Assembly (NCBI GenBank): GCA_001899315.1
Contig: MOYA01000004.1
Location: 54,477 to 118,476, forward strand
Source of the DNA: Candidatus Obscuribacter phosphatis
GTDB lineage: Bacteria > Cyanobacteriota > Vampirovibrionia > Obscuribacterales > Obscuribacteraceae
Direction of reading: 5' to 3'
DNA length: 64,000 nt
Shown one piece after another: positions 16,117-26,210 of the stretch. The first letter of the stretch is position 1; each line of letters begins with the position of its first letter. The notes under the pieces were generated by a model. The model did not search any database. It worked only from the letters and a program-made list of their open reading frames with translations, and was not told the origin of the DNA. Position numbers and translations under genes: made by a program.

Positions 16117-19017
16117 TTAGCCCACCGGCTTTTCGCCGCCGTTAGAACTGGGGACGGTCACAGAAGTCTGGTCCGCTGCCGGACCCTTCTGAGCTTCCCC
16201 GGAATTGTTGTCGGTTTCAGACTGGCCATTTGCGGTCTGCCCTTCCACCGCAGTCTTGGAAAGAGCGCCGGAAGCACCCTCCTTCACTTCGGGAGGGATG
16301 CAACCGTGCGCATCGGCCGGAAGCAGGTAGTTGACCAACGCCTCTTTCTCAGCATCGACGGCCTGCCGCAGCAGAACATTGATGCGCAGCTGTTCCAGAC
16401 CCTGGGCCAGCTGCATGCGAGTGGTCTCCACCGGATGCGCTTCGAAGAAAGCCTTGATGTCGGCTTCCTGCTCGGCGGTATCGAGAGCGCTGAGGCTGCC
16501 GAAGAGGCGGCCGATCATGCTCTCGGGCCACATGCTCTTGAGCTTGGCCCAGTTCTCCTTGATCACCTCCCAGGTACGAGCGCTCGAGGCCTCGCGAGCC
16601 AAAAGCGACCGCAGGAAGAAAGCAGCGTCCTGGACGCGGATACCGCCACCGATGACCAGGTTGAGCGAACGCTCCACCAGAGCCTTGTCGCCGAAGCGAG
16701 TGAGCAAGAACATGAAGCGCTCCTGCTCCTGCGGAGAAGCAGCGGTCTGACGCAGCTGGTCGAACTCGTCGTAGAGAGCAGCATCGCCGTTGCGCGCCAG
16801 CACGCCGAGGAAGGCGTCGAACATGTCGCTATCCACCGAAGCCGGATCTTTCTTCCAGGCTTCGTAGGCTTCGCGAGCCTTGACCTTGATCGGCTCATAG
16901 TTGCCGACGATGCCGAGGGTGCGCACCACCTGCGTGCGCAGTTCCATGCGCTTGGTGTCGCCCTTGTCTGCCGCGGCGTCGAAGCCGAGCTTCTTGATGA
17001 GCGGCTTGAAGAGCGAGCGCACCTTGCCCGCCACCGCCTCACGCGCCGGACCGGTGAAGAGCCCGTGCAGGTGAGTGAGAGCATCGGCGATGCAAGCCCA
17101 GACATTGGGATCTTCGCTGCCGCCCATGTAGTCAACCAGCTTGAGGAACTCGCTCACCTTGACCTGGCCGGCGCGAGTGGCGCTCCAGGTGTCGTTGAGC
17201 AGGTTGAACTGTTCCACCGGACCCATGGCCTTCTTGAGCACGGGCAGCAGCTTGCCGAGCAGTTCGGACGAGTAGTTGACACGGAAGAAGCCATCGCCGA
17301 AAGCGTTGACCACGACCCATTCCATGTTCTCGCCCACATAGACGACTTCCTCCGCCTTGTTGAGGACGAAGGACTGTTCCACCAGCGCGCCTTTGCACAT
17401 GGCGCGGATCTTGACCGGGATGGGCCAGATGGGCGACTTGCCGTCCCGCGCCAGAACCTTGAATTCCTTCTGGCTCAGACGCACAAAGCCCGGCATCTCG
17501 GCAGCTTCCACCTTGAGGATGGGATGACCCGAGGTGAAGACCCACTTGTTCATGATCTCCATCACCGAGATATTGACGCCGACCTTGCGGCAGCCCTCGT
17601 CGAGAGCGCCCCAGAAGTCGTCGCCGACCGTGTTGCCGAGATGGTGACGCTTCAGATAGATGCGCACACCTTCGCGGAAGGCATCGGCACCGATGAACTG
17701 CTCGATCATGCGCAGAACGCTGCAACCCTTCTCGTAAGAGATCAAGTCGAAGATCTCGTCGATCTGGAAGGGGTTGTCCACCGCCACCTGGATGGGATGG
17801 GTGGAATGAAGCTGGTCGAGGTCGAAGGCGCTGGCCCGGGAGGCAGCGAAGGTCTCCCAGGTCTTCCACTCGGGGAACATGGCGTCGACACCCATGTTTT
17901 CGAGCAGGGTGGCGAAGCTCTCGTTCAGCCAGAGGTTGTCCCACCAGTCCATGGTGGCGTCGTCGCCGAAGCGCATGTGCACCAGTTCGTGCACGACCAC
18001 GTGGGCAACCCGCTCACGCTCCTGCTGGGTGGCAGTGGCCTCGTCCAGCAAAAGATCGGTCATGCGATAGATGATGCAGCCCAGGTTCTCCATGGCGCCG
18101 GCCGCGAAGTCGGGCACAGCGATGAAGTCGATCTTGTCGTCACCGATGTACTTGGTCTGGCAGTAGTCTTCCAGCCAGCCATAGGCGAAGGCACCGACCC
18201 GCTGAGCGAACTGCAGCTGATGCTCGCTGCCCGGGATGGTCCAGAAGCTCAGCTCCACGTCGCGCACCTTGACCGTGCCGCCCAGCGCCAACTCACCAGC
18301 CATGAAAGCCAGGTAGTAGGTGGACATCTTGGGCGTGGTGGCGAACTCGACCCGCTTGAGCAGGCGCGGCTCGGCGTGACCGTGGAAGTGACCGCGCTCG
18401 ACCAGCTCATGCGGCGTCTCCACCGACATGGTCGACTCGCTCACCGGCCGCATGCAGGACAGCGCCTGGTAGCCGTGGGGCACATTCAGGGTCACCTTGA
18501 AGGTGGCCTTCATGTTGGGCTCGTCGAAGCAGGGGAAGGCGCGGCGCGCATCGGTGGCTTCGAACTGGGTGGTGGCGATGACGTGCTCCTTGCCGCTCTC
18601 GTCCTTCCAGACGCTGCGGTAGAAGCCCTTGAGCTCGTCATTGAGCGTGCCGGCGAAGTTGAGCTTGAGGCGCCAGGCACCCTTGCCCACCCGTCCGTTG
18701 AACTTGAGGGTGGAACGCTGCAGAGCTTCGTCGGAAGTGACCTCGGCAGCGAACTCGGTGCCATCGGCGTTCTCCACCGTCACCTTGCCGAGCTTGAGGT
18801 CCTTGGTATTGATGAGAATTTCCGCGGTCGGCGAGAGCACATCGATGTCGATGGCCACCGAGCCGAAGAAGGTCAGGTGTTCAAAGTCGGGCGTGAGCTC
18901 AAGGTCGTAGTGACGAGGCAGAACGTGACGGGGCAGACGATACTTGTCCCCCGTAGCCACCGCCAATGCAAGACCATTGAAGCTACCCTTGTGTTTGCAG
19001 TTTCGCAACATGCACAT
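16117..19017 (-). CDS. pepN: M1 family aminopeptidase N (GC-rich copy)
   Basis: AAGGAG SD. GAMENLGCIIYR, HELVHMRFGD-x-WLNESFA (HExxH-x18-E), an ERAP1-like C-terminal region, and a low-complexity tail. Confidence 0.9.
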   Translation of the reverse strand: MCMLRNCKHKGSFNGLALAVATGDKYRLPRHVLPRHYDLELTPDFEHLTFFGSVAIDIDVLSPTAEILINTKDLKLGKVTVENADGTEFAAEVTSDEALQRSTLKFNGRVGKGAWRLKLNFAGTLNDELKGFYRSVWKDESGKEHVIATTQFEATDARRAFPCFDEPNMKATFKVTLNVPHGYQALSCMRPVSESTMSVETPHELVERGHFHGHAEPRLLKRVEFATTPKMSTYYLAFMAGELALGGTVKVRDVELSFWTIPGSEHQLQFAQRVGAFAYGWLEDYCQTKYIGDDKIDFIAVPDFAAGAMENLGCIIYRMTDLLLDEATATQQERERVAHVVVHELVHMRFGDDATMDWWDNLWLNESFATLLENMGVDAMFPEWKTWETFAASRASAFDLDQLHSTHPIQVAVDNPFQIDEIFDLISYEKGCSVLRMIEQFIGADAFREGVRIYLKRHHLGNTVGDDFWGALDEGCRKVGVNISVMEIMNKWVFTSGHPILKVEAAEMPGFVRLSQKEFKVLARDGKSPIWPIPVKIRAMCKGALVEQSFVLNKAEEVVYVGENMEWVVVNAFGDGFFRVNYSSELLGKLLPVLKKAMGPVEQFNLLNDTWSATRAGQVKVSEFLKLVDYMGGSEDPNVWACIADALTHLHGLFTGPAREAVAGKVRSLFKPLIKKLGFDAAADKGDTKRMELRTQVVRTLGIVGNYEPIKVKAREAYEAWKKDPASVDSDMFDAFLGVLARNGDAALYDEFDQLRQTAASPQEQERFMFLLTRFGDKALVERSLNLVIGGGIRVQDAAFFLRSLLAREASSARTWEVIKENWAKLKSMWPESMIGRLFGSLSALDTAEQEADIKAFFEAHPVETTRMQLAQGLEQLRINVLLRQAVDAEKEALVNYLLPADAHGCIPPEVKEGASGALSKTAVEGQTANGQSETDNNSGEAQKGPAADQTSVTVPSSNGGEKPVG

Positions 19018-19049
19018 AAGACTTCTCCTTAGAGTGATATTCGGTTGGT

Positions 19050-19086
19050 TGTTTCAAAACAGAAAGCCCGCTTGCGGCGGGCTTTC
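19050..19086 (-). terminator. rho-independent terminator (minus strand)
   Basis: Stem GAAAGCCCGC / GCGGGCTTTC followed on the minus strand by TGTTTTG. Lies between the two pepN copies. Confidence 0.7.
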
Positions 19087-19144
19087 AGGTGGACGGCGAT
19101 GTTGGCTTTAACTACTCTTGAAGAGAAGCTCCTAAGCTTTCAGC

Positions 19145-21841
19145 TTAGCTTCGCGCTCCGACCAATCCGGTCAGAACACTCTCACTGAGATTCTTCTCTT
19201 CACGCTCACGCAGTTTGACATTGATGTCGAGCTGCTCGAGCGCTTGAGCCACAGCCATTTCGCCTGATTTGACAGGGTGCGCGGCAAAGAAAGATCTGAC
19301 ATCTTTGGCTAGTTCCGGCTTGTCGAGTGACGACACAGCCGAAACCATTCTGACCACTCCGTTTTCGGGATAGCGGTCCACCATGGTCTGCCAATTTTCT
19401 TTCAAAAACCGCCAGGCGTCGCTGCCTGCCTCTTCGTTGCTCATGAGGGCAGCGAAGAGGTAGGGAGCGTCTTGGGTGCGCACATCGTCGCTCAAACAAG
19501 CATCGATGGTGCGCTTCAACAGGGCTTTGTCACGGAAGCGCGCCAAAGCGAACAAGAAGCGCTGCACTTCTTGCGGCGAAGTAGCAGCTTTTGAGAGGGC
19601 GAGGAAATTATCGTAAGCCTTGCCTTCACCATGATAGGCAGTGATGGAAACCACTGCCGGCACTAGGTCGGCATCTAACGTGGCTCTGTCTTTGCACCAG
19701 CTCTCGAATAGTTGCATACCTTTCTGGGACAGATCTTTGTCTTCGCCGATGGTGCCCAAGGTAGAGAGCAAGGTGCTTCTCAGCTGCTTGGTCTGCACAG
19801 TCTCAGCCGAGCCCTGGGCAGCATGCAGACCGAGCTTATCAAAAGCCGGTCTAGCTAGTTTTCTGATTAGCCTGGCCATACTAGCCCGCGCTTCAGAGCC
19901 CACCGCAGTGAGACTATTGAGGTGTCCCAGGGAAGCAAGAACGATAGCCCAGACGTTGGGGTCGTTTTCGCTTTCGAAGACCTGGATGAGATTGAGGTAG
20001 TCGGAGGCAGGCAATATACCGGCTCTTACACAAGCCCAGGCATCGTTGACCAGGTTGAATCTCTCAATGCTGGAGAGTTTATCGCCGGGTCCGCCGTTCT
20101 TTGTAAGCAGCGAGGTCAGCTGTCTGTCATAGGTGACCCGGTAAAATCCGGAGCCGCCTGCATTAAGCACTACCCAAACCGCTTCGCCGCCAAGTTCCAC
20201 ATCCTTTGATTTCTCTTCCATGAGAATGCGTTTCTCGATCAGCTTGCCGTCTTTGAGCAAAGCCCGCAGACTAAGCGGAATCGGCCAGGTTGTCTCTTCT
20301 TTATTTGCTGAACCAGCTTGAGCAGTCTGGCTTTGCTTAAGGAACTTGAAGGGCGACTGCTTGAGAGCGAGCTTGCTGACGGTCTCACCGGTGCCCGCGG
20401 CAGATGCTTCCACCACTGGATGTCCAGGAGTGAAGACCCATCTATCCATGATTAAGCGCACCGGTTCGGCTTCTTTCAGACCTTCATGGCGGGCTTTGTT
20501 CTGACAGGCTTCTTCGAGAGCATCCCACAAATCGTGGGTCTCGGTGTTGCCATAACTGTGTTTCTTCAGATAGGCAGCAATGCCCTTTCTGAAGGTTTCA
20601 GCACCGATGAACTCGTGAATCTGGTAGAGAACCGAGCAGCCCTTCTCATAAGAAATGACATCGAACATTTCAGCTGCTTCATCGGGATGATTGACCGGAC
20701 ATTCGATCGGGTGGGTGCTGTTGAGAGCATCCACTCTGGAGGCAGCGGCACGGGAGAGACCGAAATCATTCCAAATCTCCCACTCGGGCTTCCATTTTGA
20801 TAGACAGAGATTTTCCATAAAGGTGGCGAAACTCTCGTTCAACCAGAGTCCATTCCACCAACCCATGGTGACAAGGTCGCCGAACCACATGTGGGCCAGT
20901 TCGTGCATGACCACTTCAGCAACGCGCTTGCGTTCAGCGTGGGTAGCATGAGCTTCGTCCAATAGAAGCGCGGTTTCACGATAGGTGATTAGACCGAGGT
21001 TCTCCATTGCTCCCGAGGCGAAGTCGGGTATGGCGATATGGTCAATTTTCTTGCCGCCCGGATAGGGAATCTCGAAATATTTCTCGTAATAGTCGATGGC
21101 AAAAGCCGAGACATCGAGCGCAAAGGAAGTCAGCTTTTCTTTGCCGGGCACCGACCAGATGCGCACTTCGATGCCGTTTACATCGATGGGCTTGCTTGAG
21201 ACGAAGTTGCCGACGCAGAAGCACACCAAATAAGTGGACATCTTCATGGTGCGCTCATAGGTGATGGTCTTCTTGCCACCGGGCGCAGGCTCGGTCTTCA
21301 CGACGGCTCCGTTAGACAAAGCCGTCAACTTTTCATCGACCGTGAGGCGCACATCGAAAGTGGCTTTGAAAGCCGGTTCGTCAAAGCAAGGAAAGGCGCG
21401 CCTAGCATCGGTAGACTCAAACTGAGTAGTGGCGATTGGCTGCTTTTCGCCTTTCTCGTCAACCCAGAAGGAGCGGTAGAAGCCCTTGAGCTTGTCGTTG
21501 AGTGTGCCTTTGAAGCTGGACTTGAGGGTCCATTTACCGGCTGCCAGTGTTTCTGCAAACTGCAGGGTGGCTATCTCGGTTTCTTCGCAGACAGTGACTT
21601 TTGCTTTGTGCTCTTGGCCGCCTGCTTGAATGGCAACAAAACTTTCTATCTCAAGCTCTTTGGCGTTGATGGCGATGCGATTTGTGGCTTGTTCGAGTTC
21701 AATCTCGATTGCTACTTCGCCATCAAAAACAAACTTTGCCAAGTCGGGGGTCAAGTGAATGTCGTAGTGACTTGGTTTGACGAAACCATCCAGTCTGAAG
21801 CCGGTTTCTTTGCCGACTGAGCCGTTGCCTGTGTGCATCAT
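19145..21841 (-). CDS. pepN: M1 family aminopeptidase N (moderate-GC copy)
   Basis: GAGGTAA SD. GAMENLGLITYR, HELAHMWFGD-x-WLNESFA. Collinear with the neighbouring copy (KGFYRS.W.DE.G, IATTQFE.TDARRAFPCFDEP). Confidence 0.9.
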   Translation of the reverse strand: MMHTGNGSVGKETGFRLDGFVKPSHYDIHLTPDLAKFVFDGEVAIEIELEQATNRIAINAKELEIESFVAIQAGGQEHKAKVTVCEETEIATLQFAETLAAGKWTLKSSFKGTLNDKLKGFYRSFWVDEKGEKQPIATTQFESTDARRAFPCFDEPAFKATFDVRLTVDEKLTALSNGAVVKTEPAPGGKKTITYERTMKMSTYLVCFCVGNFVSSKPIDVNGIEVRIWSVPGKEKLTSFALDVSAFAIDYYEKYFEIPYPGGKKIDHIAIPDFASGAMENLGLITYRETALLLDEAHATHAERKRVAEVVMHELAHMWFGDLVTMGWWNGLWLNESFATFMENLCLSKWKPEWEIWNDFGLSRAAASRVDALNSTHPIECPVNHPDEAAEMFDVISYEKGCSVLYQIHEFIGAETFRKGIAAYLKKHSYGNTETHDLWDALEEACQNKARHEGLKEAEPVRLIMDRWVFTPGHPVVEASAAGTGETVSKLALKQSPFKFLKQSQTAQAGSANKEETTWPIPLSLRALLKDGKLIEKRILMEEKSKDVELGGEAVWVVLNAGGSGFYRVTYDRQLTSLLTKNGGPGDKLSSIERFNLVNDAWACVRAGILPASDYLNLIQVFESENDPNVWAIVLASLGHLNSLTAVGSEARASMARLIRKLARPAFDKLGLHAAQGSAETVQTKQLRSTLLSTLGTIGEDKDLSQKGMQLFESWCKDRATLDADLVPAVVSITAYHGEGKAYDNFLALSKAATSPQEVQRFLFALARFRDKALLKRTIDACLSDDVRTQDAPYLFAALMSNEEAGSDAWRFLKENWQTMVDRYPENGVVRMVSAVSSLDKPELAKDVRSFFAAHPVKSGEMAVAQALEQLDINVKLREREEKNLSESVLTGLVGARS

Positions 21842-22573
21842 CGCTTACCTCAATTTCTTCCGAAAGCCGAAAGAGATTTTGGCAGAAAATGAGCTTTGAA
21901 TAATGAGATGGTTTAGGATTCGACAACCTAATGTCACAACAATTTATAGCCAAGCGGCGCGCCTGTTTGTCTCTATCTAGATGAAGCGGCTTACCTATAG
22001 AGAATAAACGAAAATTCCGAAGATTTTTCGCGCAAAGAACATGAGTACCTGATCTCTAGCCCATTTCTTCTATTTGAGGCAAGAATGTCAAGATATGAAT
22101 ATACTCACAAAAGTGAGCTCTTATATTTTGAGACACTTTCATTCAGTTTTCGGCGACCTGATTTTTCAGCCGGCAAAGCAAACAGCGCAGGCAGGCCAAG
22201 TTGCGCTAACCACGTAATTTGTGCCTCTTGGCATCTAGATCTTGAATATATTTCAGTTATCTATCTGCATCTTGAATTCCTATCTGGTTATTTCTTAGTC
22301 TCACGGCGCGTTTAGTCTTCTTTTCTTCGGATACCAATACAAGCTTTTTCTCATAAGCTCTGTCACCACTTCGAACCATAGCCACCACCTGCAGTGCGGG
22401 TCGTGGTGAGCACCTGCTTGCCAGGGGTGTGTTCGCAGCGGACCGAAGACTGAACTGAACGTTTTTCTGCTTCATCAACCAACCGTCGAAAGACTGCCGC
22501 CGGTACCAAAGCAATTCCGCTTGGACTTGAGGCCGCAGTTAACTTCGCCGGAATAAACAAAAAGGAAAGTACC

Positions 22574-23593
22574 ATGACCAAGCGTACCCTGGACGGCTTC
22601 ATCCCGTCCGACCTGCTGCACGACATCGCGCGGCTCAACCCGAACGCCTCGCTGTCCTTCATCGCCACCATCCTCGAAACCCAGAAGATCGCTCAGGCTG
22701 CTGCCTCCGGCCGCATCCCCTACCGCTTCGCCGCCGGCAAGGCCGAGCGCCAGATCTACGACGCCAAGAACACGACGCGCCTGCCCGGCACCCGTGCTCG
22801 CTTCGAAGGCGACAAGGCCACCGGCGACAAGACCACCGACAATGCCTACGACTACCACGGCGGCATGCGCGACTTCCTCAAGCAGGAATTCGGCTGGAAC
22901 TCCATCGACGGCAACGGCATGAACCTGGTGGGCACCGTCCACTACGGTCGCAACTACAACAACGCCTTCTGGAACGGCTCCAGCATGACCTACGGCGACG
23001 GCGACGGTGTCATCTTCGTCACCTTCGTCACCGCCAACGTGGTCGGCCACGAGCTGGCGCACGGCGTCACCGAGCACACCTCGGGTCTGGACTACTACGG
23101 CGAGTCCGGCGCGCTGAACGAGAGCTTCTCCGACGTCATGGGCGCCTGCTACGAGCAGTGGCTCAACAAGGAGACGGTCGACAAGGCGCACTGGCTGATC
23201 GGCAAGGGCATCTTCGGCCCGACCATCAAGGGCGTCGCCCTGCGTTCGATGATCGCCCCGGGCACCGCCTACAACGATCCGAAGCTGGGCAAGGACCCGC
23301 AGCCCGACCACTACAGCAAGCTCTACCGCGGCTCGGGCGACAACGGCGGCGTGCACATCAACAGCGGCATCCCGAACAAGGCCTTCGCCCTGTTCGCCAA
23401 CGCCGTGGGTGGCCACTCCTGGAAGGAGCCGGCGCACATCTGGTGGGAGTCGAACTGCGGCACCAACCGCGTCACCGGCCGCGCCAGCATCGCCGACTTC
23501 GCCCGCAAGACGGTCGAGAACTGCAACACCATGGCGCCCGCTCTCGTGGCCAAGCTGAAGAAGGCCTGGGACGACGTGGGCATCAAGGTCTAA
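22574..23593 (+). CDS. M4 (thermolysin-family) metalloprotease, protealysin-like short form
   Basis: VVGHELAHGVTEHTSGL (HExxH) and GALNESFSDVMG (third zinc ligand). No signal peptide. Short N-terminal segment GFIPSDLLHDIARLN. Confidence 0.85.
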   Translation: MTKRTLDGFIPSDLLHDIARLNPNASLSFIATILETQKIAQAAASGRIPYRFAAGKAERQIYDAKNTTRLPGTRARFEGDKATGDKTTDNAYDYHGGMRDFLKQEFGWNSIDGNGMNLVGTVHYGRNYNNAFWNGSSMTYGDGDGVIFVTFVTANVVGHELAHGVTEHTSGLDYYGESGALNESFSDVMGACYEQWLNKETVDKAHWLIGKGIFGPTIKGVALRSMIAPGTAYNDPKLGKDPQPDHYSKLYRGSGDNGGVHINSGIPNKAFALFANAVGGHSWKEPAHIWWESNCGTNRVTGRASIADFARKTVENCNTMAPALVAKLKKAWDDVGIKV

Positions 23594-23848
23594 GCCGTCT
23601 CTTCGGACCGCAAGACCGGAAGTTCGGAGCCTAAAACCGCACTTCAAACAGCATCTCTTTAGATGCACTCGCTGGGCGGGACGGTCAGAACTAATGATGT
23701 GACAGCACATCGGTTCGGCCGCTTCCGCCCGGCGATTTTTGTATGGACCCGACAACCGCCGTGGCGCTGAATCTACCGCGGCGGTTGGCGGCCCCTCAAC
23801 TTATCGATCACCCATCGGTATCGGTATAACGAACCAAGGGAACAAACA

Positions 23849-26065
23849 ATGTCTCCATCCAAAATGGCCATGAAGCTGATGCGTTCATGGAAACTTCTAC
23901 CGGAGATCTCCGCCACCGAGCGCCAGGCGCTGGAGGCCGGTGATGTCTGGATCGACGGCGATATCTTCGCCGGTAAGCTGCGCTTCAAGCAGGTGCTCGC
24001 CAACCCCTATGGCGGGCTGACCAAGGAAGAGCAGGAATTCATCGATGGTCCCTGTCAGGAACTCTGTGCCATGGTCGACCCGTGGCAGGCCTACCTGACC
24101 CGTCGCATCCCCGACGACGCCATGGCCTACCTCAAGGCACAGGGCTTCATGGGTCTGATGATTCCCAAGGAGTGGGGCGGCAAGGGCTTCTCGCGCCTGG
24201 CCATCTCCACCATCATGGGCAAGCTCATGCCCCACTGCAGCCAGGTGGCCACCGTGGTCATCATCGCCAACAGCCTGAGCGCCGCCGAACTGCTCATCCA
24301 CTACGGCACCCCCGAGCAGAAGAAGCACTACCTGCCCCGTCTGGCCGACGGCACCTATGTGCCCTGCTTCGGTCTGACCGAGCTCACCGCCGGCAGCGAC
24401 GCCGAGAGCATCAAGGCCACCGCCCATGCCTTCCGCGACAGCGACGGCAGCATCAAGCTGCGCTGCAACTTCGAGAAGCGCTACATGACGCTCGGCTCGA
24501 TCGCCAACATCGCCACGGTGGCCTGCAAGGTGATCGACCCCGACAATCTGCTCGGCAAGGGCGAGAACGTCGGCATCACCACCATCCTGGTGCACAAGGG
24601 CACGCCGGGCTTCTACAACGGTGACCACCACATGCCCATCGGCGGCGGCTTCGAAAACGGCCCCCTGATCGGCAAAGACGTGGTCGTCGGTCTCGACAAC
24701 ATCATCGGCGGCGCCGAATGCGCTGGTCGCGGCTGGCGCATGCTCATGGAGCAGCTGGCAGGCGGCCGCGGCATCTCGCTGCCGGCTGGTGCCATCGGCG
24801 GCATGAAGATGGCCACCACGGCCACCGGTGCCTATTCCATGGTGCGCAGCCAGTTCGGCCTGGCCATCGGCAAGATGCAGGGCGTGGAAGAGCGTGTCGG
24901 TCGCATGGCGGCCCTCACCTATCTCTTCGAAGCCTCGCGCGTCTTCCTTTGCACCGCCATCGACAACAACATCAACCCGCCGGTGACGTCGGGCATGCTC
25001 AAGGCCTACAGCACCGACTGGTCGGCGCGCGTGGTCGGCGACGGCATGGATGTCTTCAGCGGCGCCGGCGTCATGCAGGGTCCGAACAACATCCTCGGCC
25101 TGCTCTACCAGTCCATCCCGGTGGGCATCACGGTGGAAGGCGCCAACATCATGACCCGCACCTTCCTGGTGAACGGTCAGGGTGCGGTGCGCTGCCACCC
25201 CTACTCCCAGCGCATGGTCGAAGCCGTCGAGAAGGACGACCCCCGTCTCTTCCGCAACACCCTCTTCGGCTGGGTCGGTCACGTGGTCCTGGGCGCGCTG
25301 CGCACTGGTGTGCACAGCGTCACCCGCGGCCATCTGATCAGCGTGCCCAAGGTGGCACCGCAGACCAAGACCTACTACCGCCGTCTGGGCTGGGCTGCCG
25401 CTCGTTTCGGTCTGCTCACCGACCTGGGGCTTCTGCTGGTCGGCGGCAACCTCAAGAAGGAAGGTCGCCTGAACGGTCGCTATGCCGACGCCTTCGCCTG
25501 GATCACTCTGGGCGTGGCTGCTCTGCGTCGCTTCGAAGCAGAAGGCCGGCGTCCCGAAGACCTGCCCTTGGTGCAGGCCAGCGTGGAATTCGCCCTGAAC
25601 GAGGTGCAGAAGGCCTTCGAAGGCATCTACGCCAATTCCCGCATGCCGGTGGTGGGCTTCTTCATGCGCACCCTCGGTCTCTTCGGCCTGCGCATCAACC
25701 CGCTTTCGCTGGGCACCAGCGACAAGCATTCGCACGGTGCGGCGCGTGCCATCCAGAACTTCGACGAGCAGTTCCTGCGTCTCAGCGAGGGTGTCTACAT
25801 CCCCGCCGAAGACAAGCCGGCGCTCGGTCGTCTGGTCAAGGCTTTCCGCCTCAAGAGCGAAGCCGCCAGCCTCTTCGACAAGATTTCCGCCGCCCAGAAG
25901 CGCAAGCAGCTGCCCCGCGGCGGCGCCGACTTCGCGCTGGTGAGCGAGGCCCAGGCAAGCGGTGTTCTCACCGCCGCCGAAGCCCAGCAGGTCAAGGAAG
26001 CGCTCGCCGCTTGCCTGACTGCCTGCGAAGTGGACGTCTTCAAGGACGAGCACTACTACCGCTGA
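23849..26065 (+). CDS. fadE: large acyl-CoA dehydrogenase, FadE type
   Basis: Collinear by eye with E. coli FadE after its TM region: EAGDVWIDGDIF, LTKEEQEFIDGP, IPKEWGGKGFS, HYGTPEQKKHYLPRLADG, CFGLTELTAGSDA. Confidence 0.85.
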   Translation: MSPSKMAMKLMRSWKLLPEISATERQALEAGDVWIDGDIFAGKLRFKQVLANPYGGLTKEEQEFIDGPCQELCAMVDPWQAYLTRRIPDDAMAYLKAQGFMGLMIPKEWGGKGFSRLAISTIMGKLMPHCSQVATVVIIANSLSAAELLIHYGTPEQKKHYLPRLADGTYVPCFGLTELTAGSDAESIKATAHAFRDSDGSIKLRCNFEKRYMTLGSIANIATVACKVIDPDNLLGKGENVGITTILVHKGTPGFYNGDHHMPIGGGFENGPLIGKDVVVGLDNIIGGAECAGRGWRMLMEQLAGGRGISLPAGAIGGMKMATTATGAYSMVRSQFGLAIGKMQGVEERVGRMAALTYLFEASRVFLCTAIDNNINPPVTSGMLKAYSTDWSARVVGDGMDVFSGAGVMQGPNNILGLLYQSIPVGITVEGANIMTRTFLVNGQGAVRCHPYSQRMVEAVEKDDPRLFRNTLFGWVGHVVLGALRTGVHSVTRGHLISVPKVAPQTKTYYRRLGWAAARFGLLTDLGLLLVGGNLKKEGRLNGRYADAFAWITLGVAALRRFEAEGRRPEDLPLVQASVEFALNEVQKAFEGIYANSRMPVVGFFMRTLGLFGLRINPLSLGTSDKHSHGAARAIQNFDEQFLRLSEGVYIPAEDKPALGRLVKAFRLKSEAASLFDKISAAQKRKQLPRGGADFALVSEAQASGVLTAAEAQQVKEALAACLTACEVDVFKDEHYYR

Positions 26066-26134
26066 CGCGGGTTTTGTGAACCTGAACAACCGCTGACGCG
26101 GGTTTCTGAACAACCGCTAGGCGGGTTTCTGAAA
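26058..26134 (+). repeat. three direct repeats of about 24 bp, ACCGCT(G/-)A(C/G)GCGGGTTT(C/T)TGAA
   Basis: Copy 1 overlaps the fadE stop codon. Copies at about 26058, 26088 and 26112. Confidence 0.7.
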
Positions 26135-26138
26135 GAGC

Positions 26139-26171
26139 GCGGCCGAGAGCAATCTCGGTCGCGTTTTCTTT
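26139..26171 (+). terminator. rho-independent terminator
   Basis: Stem GCGGCCGAGA / TCTCGGTCGC (one mismatch), loop GCAA, then GTTTTCTTT. Confidence 0.65.
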
Positions 26172-26210
26172 CGCCTCCATTGAGTCAAACAACTAGAAAA
26201 GGAGCCTTTT

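Noticed and set aside
16306-19032. 908-aa plus-strand ORF antisense to pepN-1. Similar long shadow ORFs occur at 14547..15869, 22475..23755, 23897..26113 (738 aa, the same length as fadE), 26193..28499, 45598..46506, 47253..48233 and 48452..49333.
   Set aside because: All lie antisense to GC-rich genes whose sense strands carry unambiguous family motifs. Stop codons are AT-rich, so long antisense frames stay open by chance at about 65% GC. Their translations are Arg/Ala/Gly/His/Leu-rich with no motifs, and they have no SD sequences.
23594-23848. Looked for an emfourin-type inhibitor gene downstream of the M4 protease.
   Set aside because: There is no plus-strand ORF of meaningful length with an SD in this interval.
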